Assembly (NCBI GenBank): GCA_963722765.1
Contig: CAVROO010000023.1
Coordinates: 22,726 to 86,725, forward strand
From: an uncultured Acidobacteriota bacterium
Lineage (GTDB): Bacteria > Acidobacteriota > Vicinamibacteria > Marinacidobacterales > DATDRI01
Direction: 5' to 3'
Length of the DNA stretch: 64,000 nucleotides
The notes below the pieces were generated by a model. The model had not been told where the DNA came from. It searched no databases and saw only the letters and a list, made by a program, of their open reading frames with translations. Shown here in pieces: positions 18,182-29,571 of this stretch (positions within the stretch are counted from its first letter, which is position 1; every line of letters begins with the position of its first letter). The translations under genes and the position numbers were made by a program.

Positions 18182-20375
18182 ATGGTCTCGAGAAGAAGCA
18201 GTAGATACGTCGCGTTTTTGATGCTCGCGCTCATGGCATGGGCGGTGAAACCTGCTTGGAGTGCCGAACGACCCAAGATCGGTATCGCCCTCGGCGGTGG
18301 CGCCGCAAAAGGTTTTGCACACGTCGGTATCCTAAAATGGCTTGAAGAGCATCGTATCCCTGTGGACTATGTGGCCGGCACCAGTATGGGCGGACTCGTT
18401 GGGGGGGCCTATGCAACGGGCATGTCAACTTCCGAAATTGCGGACCTCTTGCGGGGAGTGGATTATGACCTCCTTTTTCTCGGTGAAACGCCGTACGAGC
18501 TCAAAGAGTTCCGCCGCAAACAAGACGCGCGAGATTTCCCGACCCGCCTGGAAATCGGACTGAAGAACGGTATCAGCCTTCCCGGTGGACTCGATCCCGG
18601 ACACCAGATCGGCCTGCTCTTGAGCCGCATCGCCCTGCCTTACTCGACCGTCGAGAATTTCGGAGAGCTCCCGATTCCATTTCAATGCGTGGCGGTGGAC
18701 ATGGAAACGGCGACTGCGGTCGCGATGGCCGACGGTTCGTTCGCCCAGGCACTTCGGGCGACCATGGCCATTCCGGGCGTCTTCACACCGATTGTTCGCA
18801 ACGACCGCCTGCTCGCCGACGGCGGCATGATTGACAACGTCCCGGCAGATGTCGCCCGTTCGATGGGCGCCGATATCGTCATTGCCGTTGACGTCGGCGC
18901 GAAGATGAAGGGCAAGGGCCAACTCACTTCGCTCCTCGAAAATGCCTCACAGGCCATCGACGTCATGATGCGCAGTAACACACGAAGGGCTTTGGAACAA
19001 GCCGACCTGGTCATTGTGCCCGATCTCGGTGAATACACCTCCTCCGACTACCGAGCCAGTGACGCGCTGGCCGACCTGGGATACCAAGCGGCGGATGAAA
19101 ATGCCGGCGCCCTCGAGCGATGGAGCCTCGGGGAAGAGGAGTGGCAACGGTATCTCGAGGAGAGAAAAGCGCGTTCGCGTGCGCGCACGGGCGATCTCAT
19201 CCCGGAGTTCTTGGTCGTCGAGGGAGTGAGCGACAAACTGGAAGGGCAGATAGAGAGAGCGCTCCAATATCACTTGAATCGACCGCTCGACATACCCGAG
19301 CTCGAGCGGGATTTGACCGCCATTACCGGTATGAAGCGCGTCGAAAGCATCCGCTATGAAGCCGTGGAAAAGGAGGGAGCCTACGGCTTAAAGCTCGTTG
19401 GCACCGAAACTTCTCATGGTCCTCCTTTTATCAAGTTCTCCCTCGGACTCATGAACGAGCCCGACAACATCGACTTCAATTTCGGCAGCCGTTTAACCGC
19501 TCTCGACGTCGGGCACGATGGGGCGGAAGTCCGGGCCGACGTCTACCTCGGTTCAACGACCGGTGTGGGGCTCGAGTATTATCTGCCCTTTTTCCGCCGT
19601 TTGTTCGTTGCGCCCCGCGGAACATTCGTTCAAAGAACTGAGAATGTTTACGACGACGACGAGTTGTTGAGCCGAGAGCGTAAACGCCGAGCCGCGATTG
19701 GAGGTGACTTTGGGATATCGTCCGGGCGGCGGAGCGAGCTCCGGCTCGGCTACACTCTGGCGGAGTCGAGATCTGAAGTTCGCGTGGGCTCACCCTCGAT
19801 TCCCGAAGCGAAGGGGCGCGAGCAACGCGTTCGGTTCCGTTGGATTTTCGATGGGCAGGACCGACCCGTAGTGCCGACACGCGGTCTACGCACGAACTTG
19901 AGCGTAGAAGGTTACCCGGAAGCCCCCGAAGCCGAACGGACTTTCTGGCAAAGCAGGTTTTCCTTTTCCGTCTACTGGCCCTGGAGCAGGAAGGACAGGC
20001 TCCTCTATCGCCGGACTCACCGGAAATACCTATGACGTCTCGATACCGACTCTCTACAATTTCACGCTGGGAGGTGCGCGACGTCTGAGCGCCTTCAACA
20101 ACGAGGAGTTCCGCGGAAGAAATGCTCTTTTGGGTCAGGTCGGATACTTGCGAACCATTGGACGGCTTCCCGACTTCGTGGGCGGCCCCATTTACGCTCT
20201 CGGACTGGCCGAGGTCGGTAGCGCCTATGACACCTTCGATATGGCAGAGTTCAACTTTAGCGCCTCGGCCGGCGTACTACTCGATACGTCCGTCGGTCCT
20301 TTGTTCGTGGGCTACGCCGTTGGCGACGATGGCTCGGGGCGGTTTTACTTTATGCTGGGGAGATTCATTCGATAA
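18182..20375 (+). CDS. Patatin-like phospholipase autotransporter (PlpD-like, type Vd: patatin + POTRA + Omp85 barrel), frameshifted as assembled near 20000
   Basis: GGGAAKGFAHVG and GTSMGG (patatin Gly-rich and GxSxG motifs) and a DGG catalytic Asp. A POTRA-like middle region follows. The barrel end (..GRFYFMLGRFIR) lies in ORF 20130..20375 and continues as ..SRKDRL / SIAGLTGNTYD... Confidence 0.75.
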
Positions 20376-20420
20376 TCGATCGCCTCGAAGGTCTCATTAA
20401 TATTTTGTTATGATGATGAC

Positions 20421-22667
20421 GTGGCCAAGCAACGTAAGAAAAAGCGCAAGAAAACGCCGCAGGTAGCGCGAGTCGCTCCCAAACGCGGGAAGCAGGCGGC
20501 AACCTCATCGAGGCAGTTGCCCTGGCGTGTCGTGCTCATGGTCGGGGTGGCGGTACTCGTCTCTTCGTGGATTTTGTGGATGTGGTCCAACCCGGACGGC
20601 ACCAGGCTCGAGTCGCTAGCTCTGCGGCCGAATCCCAATGTGCTCCTCGTGAGCGTCGATACGCTTCGAGCCGACCATCTCGGCACCTATGGAGCCCGGG
20701 TTAAAACGCCGGTTATCGATCGACTGGCCGAAGAAGGCGTAGTTTTCGAGAAAACCATTGCGTCCGTTCCGGTCACGCTCCCGTCGCACACGTCGCTCTT
20801 CACTGGAAGTTATCCCATCGCGCACGGCGTTAGGGACAACGGTTCGTTTCGGCTCGCCGATGAGCACGAAACGATCGCAGAGACGTTCAAGAAAGCAGGA
20901 TACGAGACGGCCGCCTTCATCGGCTCTTTTGCGTTGGACTCTCGCTTCGGGCTGGATCAAGGCTTCGATCTCTACGACGATTACTACGGAGACACGTCGA
21001 GCTACAGCGATTTCGGTATCTCCGAACGTCCCGCCGACGAGGTTCTAGAGCCCGCTCTCGAGTGGATGATGGAGCGAACGGAAAAACCCTGGTTCGCCTT
21101 CATCCATCTTTGGGATCCACATCACCCCTATTTACCTCCCTCTCCATTCAAGGAATCTCATCCCGAAGACCTCTATGCAGGTGAGATCGCTTACGTCGAT
21201 GATGCTCTCGGTCGGTTTCTGAACGAGCTCGAAAAGCTGAATCAGCTCGACAATACACTCATTGTTTTGACCGCCGACCACGGTGAGGGACTCGGGGACC
21301 ATGGAGAAAAAACGCACGGCATGTTCGCTTACGAGTCCACCTTGCATGTGCCACTCATTCTTCACTGGAACGGTGTGCTCCCGGGCGGCCGTCGAATTCC
21401 GGCTCGAGTTCGTCTCATCGACGCGACTCCCACGGTTATCGAGCTGGCGGGCCGCGATCCGCTGCCTAGCTACCAAGGGGATTCCCTCGTCCCGCTGATC
21501 CTCGACCCTTCCGGAGAAGAGGGGCGGCAAACGTACTTCGAAGCGATGGCATTCAATCTCAACCGCAACTGGGCCCCTTTGACCGGCCTCTATGACGGCA
21601 ACGACAAGTATGTAGACCTTCCCATTCCAGAGCTCTATGACCTCGCGCACGATCCTGGAGAGCTGCGCAACCGGGCCGATGAAGACGTAGAGACGATCGA
21701 AGGTATGAGGGAAATCCTCGAGGGGGTCATTGCATCCAACTCCACCGAGGAGTCGCGGGAGATCAAGACCTCCGCCGTCGACAGCGAAACAGCGGCCCGC
21801 CTTCAGGCGTTGGGTTACGTCGTGGATCCGGGTCAGCCTCGCGGGTCGCAGGAATTCACGGAGGACGACGACCCGAAACGGCTGGTGCATCTTTCCGACA
21901 AACTGGATGAAGGTGTGGCCTATCATGCCGCCGGCCGATCCGAAGAGGCCAAGCGACTCTTTCGCGAGATCATCGCCGAACGGCCGTCGTTTTCTAACGC
22001 CCACGCAAACCTGGCGCATGTACTTCAAGAAACCGGTCAGCTAGGAGAAGCCATCCAAGTTCTCGAAAACGCCCTCGAAAAGGGATATCAGACACGAACC
22101 ATGATGGGACGTCTCGGCTTATATCTCCAAGAATCGGGAGATATCGAAAAATCGGTTCAGGTGCTGGAATCCGTGATCGAGACCGATCCGACCTATGCCG
22201 AAGCCTACAACTATTTGAGCACGTCTTACGCGCAGCTCGGCAGAATGCAGGACGCTGTCCAGACCGTCCGAAAGCTCCTCGATCTCGATCCCAGCTATGC
22301 CAGCGGCTACAGCAATCTCGGTTCGATCTTCCTCGGTGCGAATCGGGTTGAGGACGCAGAGACCAACTTCCGCCGAGCTCTCGACCTCGATCCTCGACTG
22401 GCCAAGGGCTGGAACGGTCTCGGCGTGGTCTACGCCCGAACGGGAAGACAGCAAGAGGCCATTGACGCTTGGAAACGAACGGTGGAGCTCGACCCGCGGC
22501 AATACGACACAATCTACAATCTCGGAACGATGTTGACCCAGCTCAATCGATTCGACCAAGCCATCCCCTACCTCGAGCAGTTCGTCCGTACCGCACCACC
22601 CGGCCAATACGGAGACGACATTCCCAAGGTGAACCGCCTCATCACCCAGCTGAAAGCCGCGAGGTAA
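20421..22667 (+). CDS. Sulfatase-like hydrolase/transferase (alkaline-phosphatase superfamily) fused to C-terminal TPR repeats
   Basis: LLVSVDTLRADHLG, PVTLPSHTSLFTG and LTADHGE motifs, with an N-terminal TM anchor. About 7 TPR units sit in the last 260 aa. Confidence 0.8.
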   Translation: MAKQRKKKRKKTPQVARVAPKRGKQAATSSRQLPWRVVLMVGVAVLVSSWILWMWSNPDGTRLESLALRPNPNVLLVSVDTLRADHLGTYGARVKTPVIDRLAEEGVVFEKTIASVPVTLPSHTSLFTGSYPIAHGVRDNGSFRLADEHETIAETFKKAGYETAAFIGSFALDSRFGLDQGFDLYDDYYGDTSSYSDFGISERPADEVLEPALEWMMERTEKPWFAFIHLWDPHHPYLPPSPFKESHPEDLYAGEIAYVDDALGRFLNELEKLNQLDNTLIVLTADHGEGLGDHGEKTHGMFAYESTLHVPLILHWNGVLPGGRRIPARVRLIDATPTVIELAGRDPLPSYQGDSLVPLILDPSGEEGRQTYFEAMAFNLNRNWAPLTGLYDGNDKYVDLPIPELYDLAHDPGELRNRADEDVETIEGMREILEGVIASNSTEESREIKTSAVDSETAARLQALGYVVDPGQPRGSQEFTEDDDPKRLVHLSDKLDEGVAYHAAGRSEEAKRLFREIIAERPSFSNAHANLAHVLQETGQLGEAIQVLENALEKGYQTRTMMGRLGLYLQESGDIEKSVQVLESVIETDPTYAEAYNYLSTSYAQLGRMQDAVQTVRKLLDLDPSYASGYSNLGSIFLGANRVEDAETNFRRALDLDPRLAKGWNGLGVVYARTGRQQEAIDAWKRTVELDPRQYDTIYNLGTMLTQLNRFDQAIPYLEQFVRTAPPGQYGDDIPKVNRLITQLKAAR

Positions 22668-22779
22668 AAATCCAACTCTCTCGTTGATTTTCCGACCAGC
22701 CACGCCGCAAGACTTTTCGTACGCTTCGATGGAATGGGCCTGTATAAACTAAGGTGAGATTTTGGACTTCCCATATCTA

Positions 22780-22967
22780 AGAATTCAAGAATCGTCCGCA
22801 TCGGGCTTCCCCAACGGAATGAGATGTTGCGGGACCACCCCCAACCGGCATCCCGCTGCAAAATTACACGCCTGACCCCACCGGAAAATCCAGCCAAGTT
22901 ATTAAATTTCAATCGGTTAGGGGATTTGCGTTCGCCGTAAGAATTCAAGAAAGCCAAGGTTGACCCC
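22780..22967. repeat. Repeat locus 2: AGAATTCAAGAAT (22780-22792), GCCTGACCCC (22870-22879), AGAATTCAAGAAa (22940-22952), TTGACCCC (22960-22967)
   Basis: The same words as at 9390-9506, in the same relative order and similar spacing. The locus lies in the 458-nt gap upstream of the transglutaminase-like gene. Confidence 0.6.
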
Positions 22968-23125
22968 AATACAGATCTCCTGCTACTCTGAAGTGGTAAT
23001 CCCGATACAAAAGGAATAATTCGATTTCTGGAAGGGACGCGGTCCCCCAGCCTATAGCGTCCCGATGCAATATCGCGACTCAGCTCGTGTGGGATTCTTG
23101 CTGTCGCTGAAGGGGGAGATCTCGG

Positions 23126-26100
23126 GTGTCGCACAAGATTTTCTCAGCCGGTTTTCTGTTCTTCTACCTACTCTGTGGCTCAGCCTCCGCAGAAGTGATC
23201 GTCCTCACCGACGGTAGTCGGCTGGACGTTCTCAACTACCAAGTGAAAGACAAGGTGGTGGTGTTCGAGACCACCGAAGGGAAGCTCCGGTCCCTTCCGC
23301 TCACCTATGTCGACGTCGAAGCGACGGGTCGAGCCAACCACCGCACTGCCATCGAGCCAGAGACAGAATCTCCCACTTCCGTTGTTCACCCTCCGGAAAG
23401 CCACGATGAGCTGGCAAAGCGAGTCCTCGAGCTCTACGGAATCGAGGATTCTCGTCATCCAGTTAGTGGACGAGGTGCATCAGCAAAAAGATGGCGTGCT
23501 CGGAACGGAGTCTATGGGCGAGACTTCCGTTGTCGTTCGGGAAGCTTTCGAGGAGAGCTTCTCTGCCGAGGACATCTACCGGAACGTCAGGAAAGCGTTC
23601 GCCGGTGCCGCCGACGAAAGAGACTTGAGAGCTTGGCTGGAGCATCTTCAATCTCCTCTCCATCAACGAATGACCGAGCTCGAAGAAGCAGCAAATCGGC
23701 CCGAAGCGTCCGAATCCTTTCAGCAATACATCCAGACCCTCGAAACCATTCCCCCGCCATCGGGTCGTCTGGAGCTCGTCGGGCGTTTCGAAGAGGCCGT
23801 CGGCCTATCCGACCTCATGATCGAGTCGATTGCTGCGTTCGTCGCATCTATGATGACGAGCTCCCAGCCTGCCTCGGTCGATTCGGGATCGCTCGAAGGC
23901 GACGTAGATAGCTTCCGCGAGCAATATGCCGTCCCTCTTCGGGATCTCACCCGCAAGGGAATGCTTTTCATGTACCGCACGGTCGATGATGAAGAGCTCG
24001 AGGAATACGTCACCTACTGGGAAACGGAGGAGGGTCGCCGGCTGAATCGACTGGTGAAATTGTCTTTCCAGGAAGGCTTCGGCGTTGCCGGCCGAGTCAT
24101 GGGTCAGGCATTGGTGAAAACGGCGGAGGAGATCCGTGCTCAAAATGCATCGATTCCTGCGCCGCCGGCGCAAGTCTATGAGGAGCTCAATTTTCGATTC
24201 ACACCCCCCAACGGCCCGTGGGTTCCTCTCGACGTCGAAACCGTGAATAAAGACGCCACACTGGGTTTCTCTTTACAGAACCCTTCGGTGCTCTTCATGA
24301 TCATTGCGGAAAGCGGAGGCACGCAGAACGTTGGTTTGTCCAACGAAGGCGCGGCAGCCATCGTACGCTCCAACCTCGAAGACTCGGCCGGTTCTTGCCG
24401 CCACTTGCGAGAGGCACCGCACTCCATCAACGGGATGGAGGGAATTCTTTTGGAGTCCGAAGTCGTTCGAGACAACAAACCTTACAGTTATATCAAATGG
24501 GTTTACACGACAAACGGCTTCATCTATCAGCTCATGCTTTCCGCAGCGACGGGTGAACCGGGGCAAGAAACGTTCCAGGCCCTGGCCCATGACGTCTTCC
24601 GTGGCTTCCAACTCATCGCCCCCAATCGAATCTCGAGCAAGCCTTCGGGCAATCTTCTGGGAGACTACGCCTCGGATCGCTACGGATATCGCATACGACT
24701 GGATGGTTCCGGGTGGACCCCGTGGACGAATTTGGCCGAACAATACCCCGAGGCCGACTTCGGAGGTTTCTACGGCGCCGGCTCCGCTTTCGCGGTCGTT
24801 GCCGTGTCACTTCAAGGTCTCGAACCGGACCTCGACGTCTTGACTCCGGCGCTTCTGGAAACCCTCGAGGTTTCGCTCACGGATGATCGATTGACAAACC
24901 AACAAGAGCTCCACGAAGAAGGTTTCATCGGACAATCCTTCGATTTCGAGAGGAACGTCGATGGAACCGACTTCGTTTATCGAGCTCAAATCCGGCGAGG
25001 CGACCATATCGCGTATCTCCTGGTCGCCTGGACCCTTGCGTCCGAGCAGAGCTCCAATCTCCAGATCCTGGACGATTGGTTGGGTCGCGTTACCATCGTC
25101 CCGAGTCACGAGGGCATAACGTCTCCGGCAGCCCTACCCGAGCGGGATCGCCTCGCTCACGCCGCCCTTTTCAACAGCATGGGACTCTATCACTACGATC
25201 AGGAACGTTTCCCGGAGAGCGCCGAATATCTCGAAACCGCATTTTCATTTCAAAATTCAAACGCCACGATCTTCGAGAATATGATGTCGGCACTAACGTT
25301 TACGGGGAGGTTCGAAGAAGCTTACCAGTATCTGGACGATCACCTGGGGCGGTTTCCCGATCACCTGTCCATACGCTCCTACTCGCCGTTTCTCAAAGCG
25401 CGACTCGGCCGAAAAGAAGAGGCTTTGGACGACTACGCATCTCTCTTCGTCGCCGGCTATCAAAACGACTACGACTTGAAAGACTACGTCGAGCTTCTCT
25501 GGGAAATGAATCGTCGTGACCGAGCCCAAACGACTCTCGCAAACTATCGACGCGGCCACGACTCGCTATTCGTGACACGTCTCGCCGCCGAGCTTCACCG
25601 GCGGGCCGGAGAGTATGACGAAGCACTCCTTTTACTCCAGGACCGTCGCGGCAGAAGCGCCTTCAATCTCGAGCTCACACTCGACCTCGCCGATGTGTAC
25701 TACGACGCGGAAAGATACAAAGAGTCCTTGACTCTCGTTGCGGAGACTCTCCAGCTAGGTCATGAAACGGCAGAGGTGTATTTCTGCAAGGGGCGAAGTG
25801 AGCTCGCCCTGGGTTCTTATAGAGAGGCCAAAACGTCCATGCAATCCGCCCTGGATCGAAACCCGGGCGACTCGCTGGCGCGTGAGTATCTAGACTATAT
25901 CTCCGGCCAACTCGGAGAGGGAAGCCAGGAAGGCGTCCGACATCCCATCGAGCCCGTCGCGTTCCCAGACGCTTTGCGCGCATCCGCCGCGTCCGCGACC
26001 CAAACTCAATCGGATCACGGGGCTATTTACGAAAACCGCGTCAGCGCGGTCCACTATAAAAAGGGAGAGACCTATAAACAGACGGAGTTCATTCGCATCA

Positions 26101-27809
26101 AGATCCACAAACCCGAGGCTGTGTCGGCGTTCAACACCTTGAGATTCTCCTTCGATCCCCTCGACGAAAGGATCTTCGTCAACGCGCTAAGGGTGCTCGA
26201 CGAAGAGGGCCGGGTGCAATCGACGGGCGATGTGTCGGATTTCTACGTGCTCGACGAGGGAACGAGTGAGTCGGCGAGTCAAGACCAGACACTATCCTTG
26301 CCCGTTGCCGGTCTCGCCCCGGGAGCAACTATCGAGGTCACGATCACGACCCTTCGGAAGTCTCCGCCGGAGAAAATGCCTTTCGTTCGGTACAGCCTAT
26401 CGTCAAGCTATCCGGTGTTGCGAAGCAATTTCTTCGTGAGCGGTGACGTTTCCGACGTCATCTATCGCTCGGTCAACCTACCGGAACCTCAGAAAAGCAA
26501 TGAAACCATTCTATGGACCGCCGAGAACCCGCCCCTTTATCGATCGGAGTCTCTAGCGGCGGACGTCAACTTGTTTCTACCCATCGTTTGGGTCGGAGAC
26601 CGATCGAATACTTGGGAATCGGTGGCCAAGGACTATTTAAATTCCATCCACGATCGACTCGATACGTCGCCGCAAACCAAGGAGCTCGCCGGAGACCTGC
26701 TGGGCAAAGAGTCCGAAGCGAGCATCGAGGCACTTGCCTCGTACGTCCAAGAAAGCTTCACTTATAAGGGGATCGCCTTCGGCCACCGGGCCTGGTTACC
26801 CAATCGAGCCGAGGATATCATCCGGAATCGCTACGGCGACTGTAAGGACCACTCCTTACTTTTCTACCAGTTGTTGCGGGCCGCCGATGTTCCGGCACAT
26901 CTGGCGCTCGTCAATGTTTCCGCCGACATTCAAACAGAGATTCCGTCGCTCGATCAGTTCGACCACATGATTGTGTTCGCACCCAACTACGACGGTGGTC
27001 ATTTCTTCGACCTCACTGACAAGAACCACGACATTTCTAAACTTCCCCCCATGGGGCTGGGCGGAAAACAAGCACTGGTCCTCGATCCGGCCGAGCCGGC
27101 TCTCATACAGATTCCCGACTATCCTCTCGACAGCAGCACGGTGACTTCCGAACGCACGCTAAGAGTCATCGGCGAATCCGATATCGAGGTGGAAGAAACA
27201 CTGACGCTATCCGGCTACTACAGCGCTTACATGCGCTCGTTCCTGAAAGGGAGCGATTCCGCCGGCCGCCTTCGTCAGATTCAGGACGTCATGGCCGGCT
27301 CCGCGCAGGTCCTGGTCCGGAGCGTGGATGCGGAGCGTCTCGACACTCCCAATCATGAAGTGGTCCTGAAGCTACGCTACCTGGTCAAGGGCGCATTCCA
27401 TCCCTTGGAAAATCGAATCATCGGACGGCTGCCGGCCATATGGGAACGAGAGTTCCTCGCCGTGGATTATCAAGAAAATCGCCAGACGCCGTATCAGATC
27501 GAGTATCCGCTGACCGTCCAAACCAAGGTCATGCTCGAGCCACCGGAAGGCTACCGCATTGGATCAGCGCTTCCGGCCAAGGAGCAAGAACAAACGAGCT
27601 ATTCTCAGTGGAACGTCGAGATTGAGAACGCCCCAAAAGAGATGCTCATTCGATACAGCAACGTGCGCCCTAGAGCTCAGGGCTCACCTTCCGAGTACGG
27701 TGCTTTGGCCGAATCCTTGGGACGGGCTCTCGACGCCCTGGAGCGGAGCGTCGTTTTCGTGAAGAGCCAACAAGCGGGCCTATCCGATCCTTCTTCAGCA
27801 CCTAGATGA
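23126..27809 (+). CDS. Giant secreted transglutaminase-core protein (DUF2059-like + DUF3857-like + TPR + transglutaminase-like Cys protease core), frameshifted as assembled near 23450
   Basis: Signal peptide MSHKIFSAGFLFFYLLCGSASA. ORF 23126.. joins ORF 23307..27809 as ..LELYGIEDS / LVIQLVDEV... The core motif is RYGDCKDHSLLFYQLLRAADVPAHLALV. TPR block about 25.1-25.9 kb. Confidence 0.75.
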
Positions 27810-27826
27810 AACCAAATCCGGAAGAC

Positions 27827-27847
27827 GACGGCGGCCCGCCCGCCGTC
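27827..27847. terminator. GC-rich hairpin in the convergent gap (possible terminator)
   Basis: gacggcgg-cccgc-ccgccgtc, an 8-bp stem, 18 nt after the TGA at 27807-27809. The U-tract is poor on both strands. Confidence 0.3.
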
Positions 27848-27861
27848 CTCCAGTTCCATTC

Positions 27862-27893
27862 TGAGTTCTCGAGTCCTTGAGTTCTAGAGTTCT
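27862..27893. repeat. Four tandem octamers NGAGTYCT
   Basis: tgagttct cgagtcct tgagttct agagttct, abutting the stop codon (27896-27898) of the minus-strand cyclodeaminase gene. Confidence 0.6.
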
Positions 27894-27895
27894 TC

Positions 27896-28881
27896 TTAGA
27901 GCTCCACCTCCGTGCCAACTCCCTTTTCGCGGGCGGCATTGTAAATCGCCAGCGCCGTGGAAACGTCTTGAATGGCCAGGCCACACGACTTGAAGACCGT
28001 AATTTCCTCTGCGTTCTCACGACCGGGCTTGTCGCCGACCACGATCTCACCCAAGCTGGCATAGATGTGGTCTTCGGTCACCGCGCCCTCCTTGATGGGA
28101 ATCAAGATATCACCCGCTTCTGCCAAGTTCGCCTCTTTGAGGTCGGCCACGAACTTGGAGCGCTTGACGGTGATCGTGTCCATTTCGCGCGCGTCCGGAG
28201 TGTGGGAACCGATATTGTTGACGTGGGTTCCGGGTTTCAGCCAATTCCCGTCGAACACCGGGTCATGAGAGCTCGAGGCCGTCACGATGATGTCGGACTC
28301 ACGGACTATTTTTTCCACGTCTTGACTCGGCACGATCTCGATACCCAGCGAAGCACTCAAGTCCCCGGCAAAGCTTTCCATGGCTTCTTTAGAGATATCG
28401 TTGACATAAACTCTTTCCAAAGGTCGAATGATCTGTACGGCTTCCAACTGTTTTCGGGCTTGAACACCCGCGCCGAAAACAGTGCAAACCTTCGAGTCCT
28501 CGCGGGCGAGATACTTGGTGGCGACGCCGCTCGCCGCTCCTGTTCTGACCGCAGTGAGATAGCCGGCATCCATGATGGCTATCGCTTTCCCCGTCGCCGG
28601 ATCGCACAACATCAAGGTGCCCAAAATCGTCGGCAGGTCGTATTTCGAAGGATTGTTCGGATAAACCGTGACAACCTTGAGACCGAGCGCGTTCATGTCA
28701 CCCCCGATGTAACCAGGCATGGCCAAGTAGATGCCCTTGTGGTCGGGGATGGGAATGACGGCCCGCTGAGGCATGACGGTTCTGCCACGGGCGAGCTCAC
28801 CGAAAGCAGTCTCCACTGCCTGAGGCAGTCGTCCATGGTGAGGATGGACTCAACGTCCTTGCGTGAAAGTAGTAACGGCAT
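27896..28881 (-). CDS. Ornithine cyclodeaminase / mu-crystallin family protein, frameshifted as assembled near 28817
   Basis: The N-terminus MPLLLSRKDVESILTMDDCLRQ (ORF 28693..28881) continues as VETAFGELARGRTVMPQR... (ORF 27896..28816). Rossmann motif VFGAGVQARKQLEAV. Confidence 0.8.
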
Positions 28882-28934
28882 GATTCGTCTCCTGGTTCTG
28901 GATTATCAATCCGTTTGAGTTGAAATTTCGGGAT

Positions 28935-29315
28935 CTATTCGATACTCGCGATGGCCTCGACCGCGACAAGGGCTCCCTTGGGAAGCGCAGACGCTTCGAT
29001 GACACCTCTCGCAGGCAGATTCTCCGCAAAGAATTTGGTGTACACTTCGTTGACAGCTACAAAATCCGTAATGTCCGCCAAATATATCGTCGTCTTCACG
29101 ATGTCGTTCATCGAGCCGCCCGCCGCTTCGACGATGGCCTTGATGTTCTCGAGACACCGACCGGCTTGTTCGGGCGTGCCCTCGCCCGTCATTTCCCCTG
29201 AGTCCGGATCGAGAGGGATTTGCATCGAGGTGAACAGCATCCCCCCGGAAACCACACCTTGAGAATAAGGTCCAATGGCTGCCGGTGCCTTATCCGTGTT
29301 GACCGTTCGTGACAT
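28935..29315 (-). CDS. ridA: RidA/YjgF family reactive-intermediate deaminase
   Basis: ATG at 29315 is preceded by AAGGAGG. APAAIGPYSQGV..., DIVKTTIYL and PARGVIEASALPKGALVAVEA are typical of the family. Confidence 0.85.
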   Translation of the reverse strand: MSRTVNTDKAPAAIGPYSQGVVSGGMLFTSMQIPLDPDSGEMTGEGTPEQAGRCLENIKAIVEAAGGSMNDIVKTTIYLADITDFVAVNEVYTKFFAENLPARGVIEASALPKGALVAVEAIASIE

Positions 29316-29452
29316 GATTGCCTCCTTGGTGGGCGACCTTGGTCTACGGCAGCCCGGACGATTCCGAGGCGCCGACGCGCCCGACGAAGATAGCACATCG
29401 GATCAAGCGATAGAAAATCCGACGCCACCCGACCCATATCCGTCACGCTAGC

Positions 29453-29477
29453 GAAGCTCGCGCCGTACGCGAGCTTC
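29453..29477. promoter_or_regulatory. Perfect 10-bp palindrome GAAGCTCGCG-N5-CGCGAGCTTC between ridA and the sucrose cluster (operator or hairpin candidate)
   Basis: Read directly at 29453-29462 and 29468-29477, 95 nt upstream of the fructokinase ATG. Confidence 0.3.
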
Positions 29478-29571
29478 ACCACCCTCGATGTGATAACATT
29501 TCGGCCATCGAAAAACTAACTTTCATGTATGGACGTCGCCTCTCAGCATACAGCACCGGCGTGAGTGTTTC

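Noticed and set aside
22568-23134. ORF 22568..23134 - (188 aa) covering the repeat-containing gap.
   Set aside because: The translation is low-complexity and Arg/Ser-rich, overlaps the end of the sulfatase-TPR gene antisense, and spans non-coding repeat copies.
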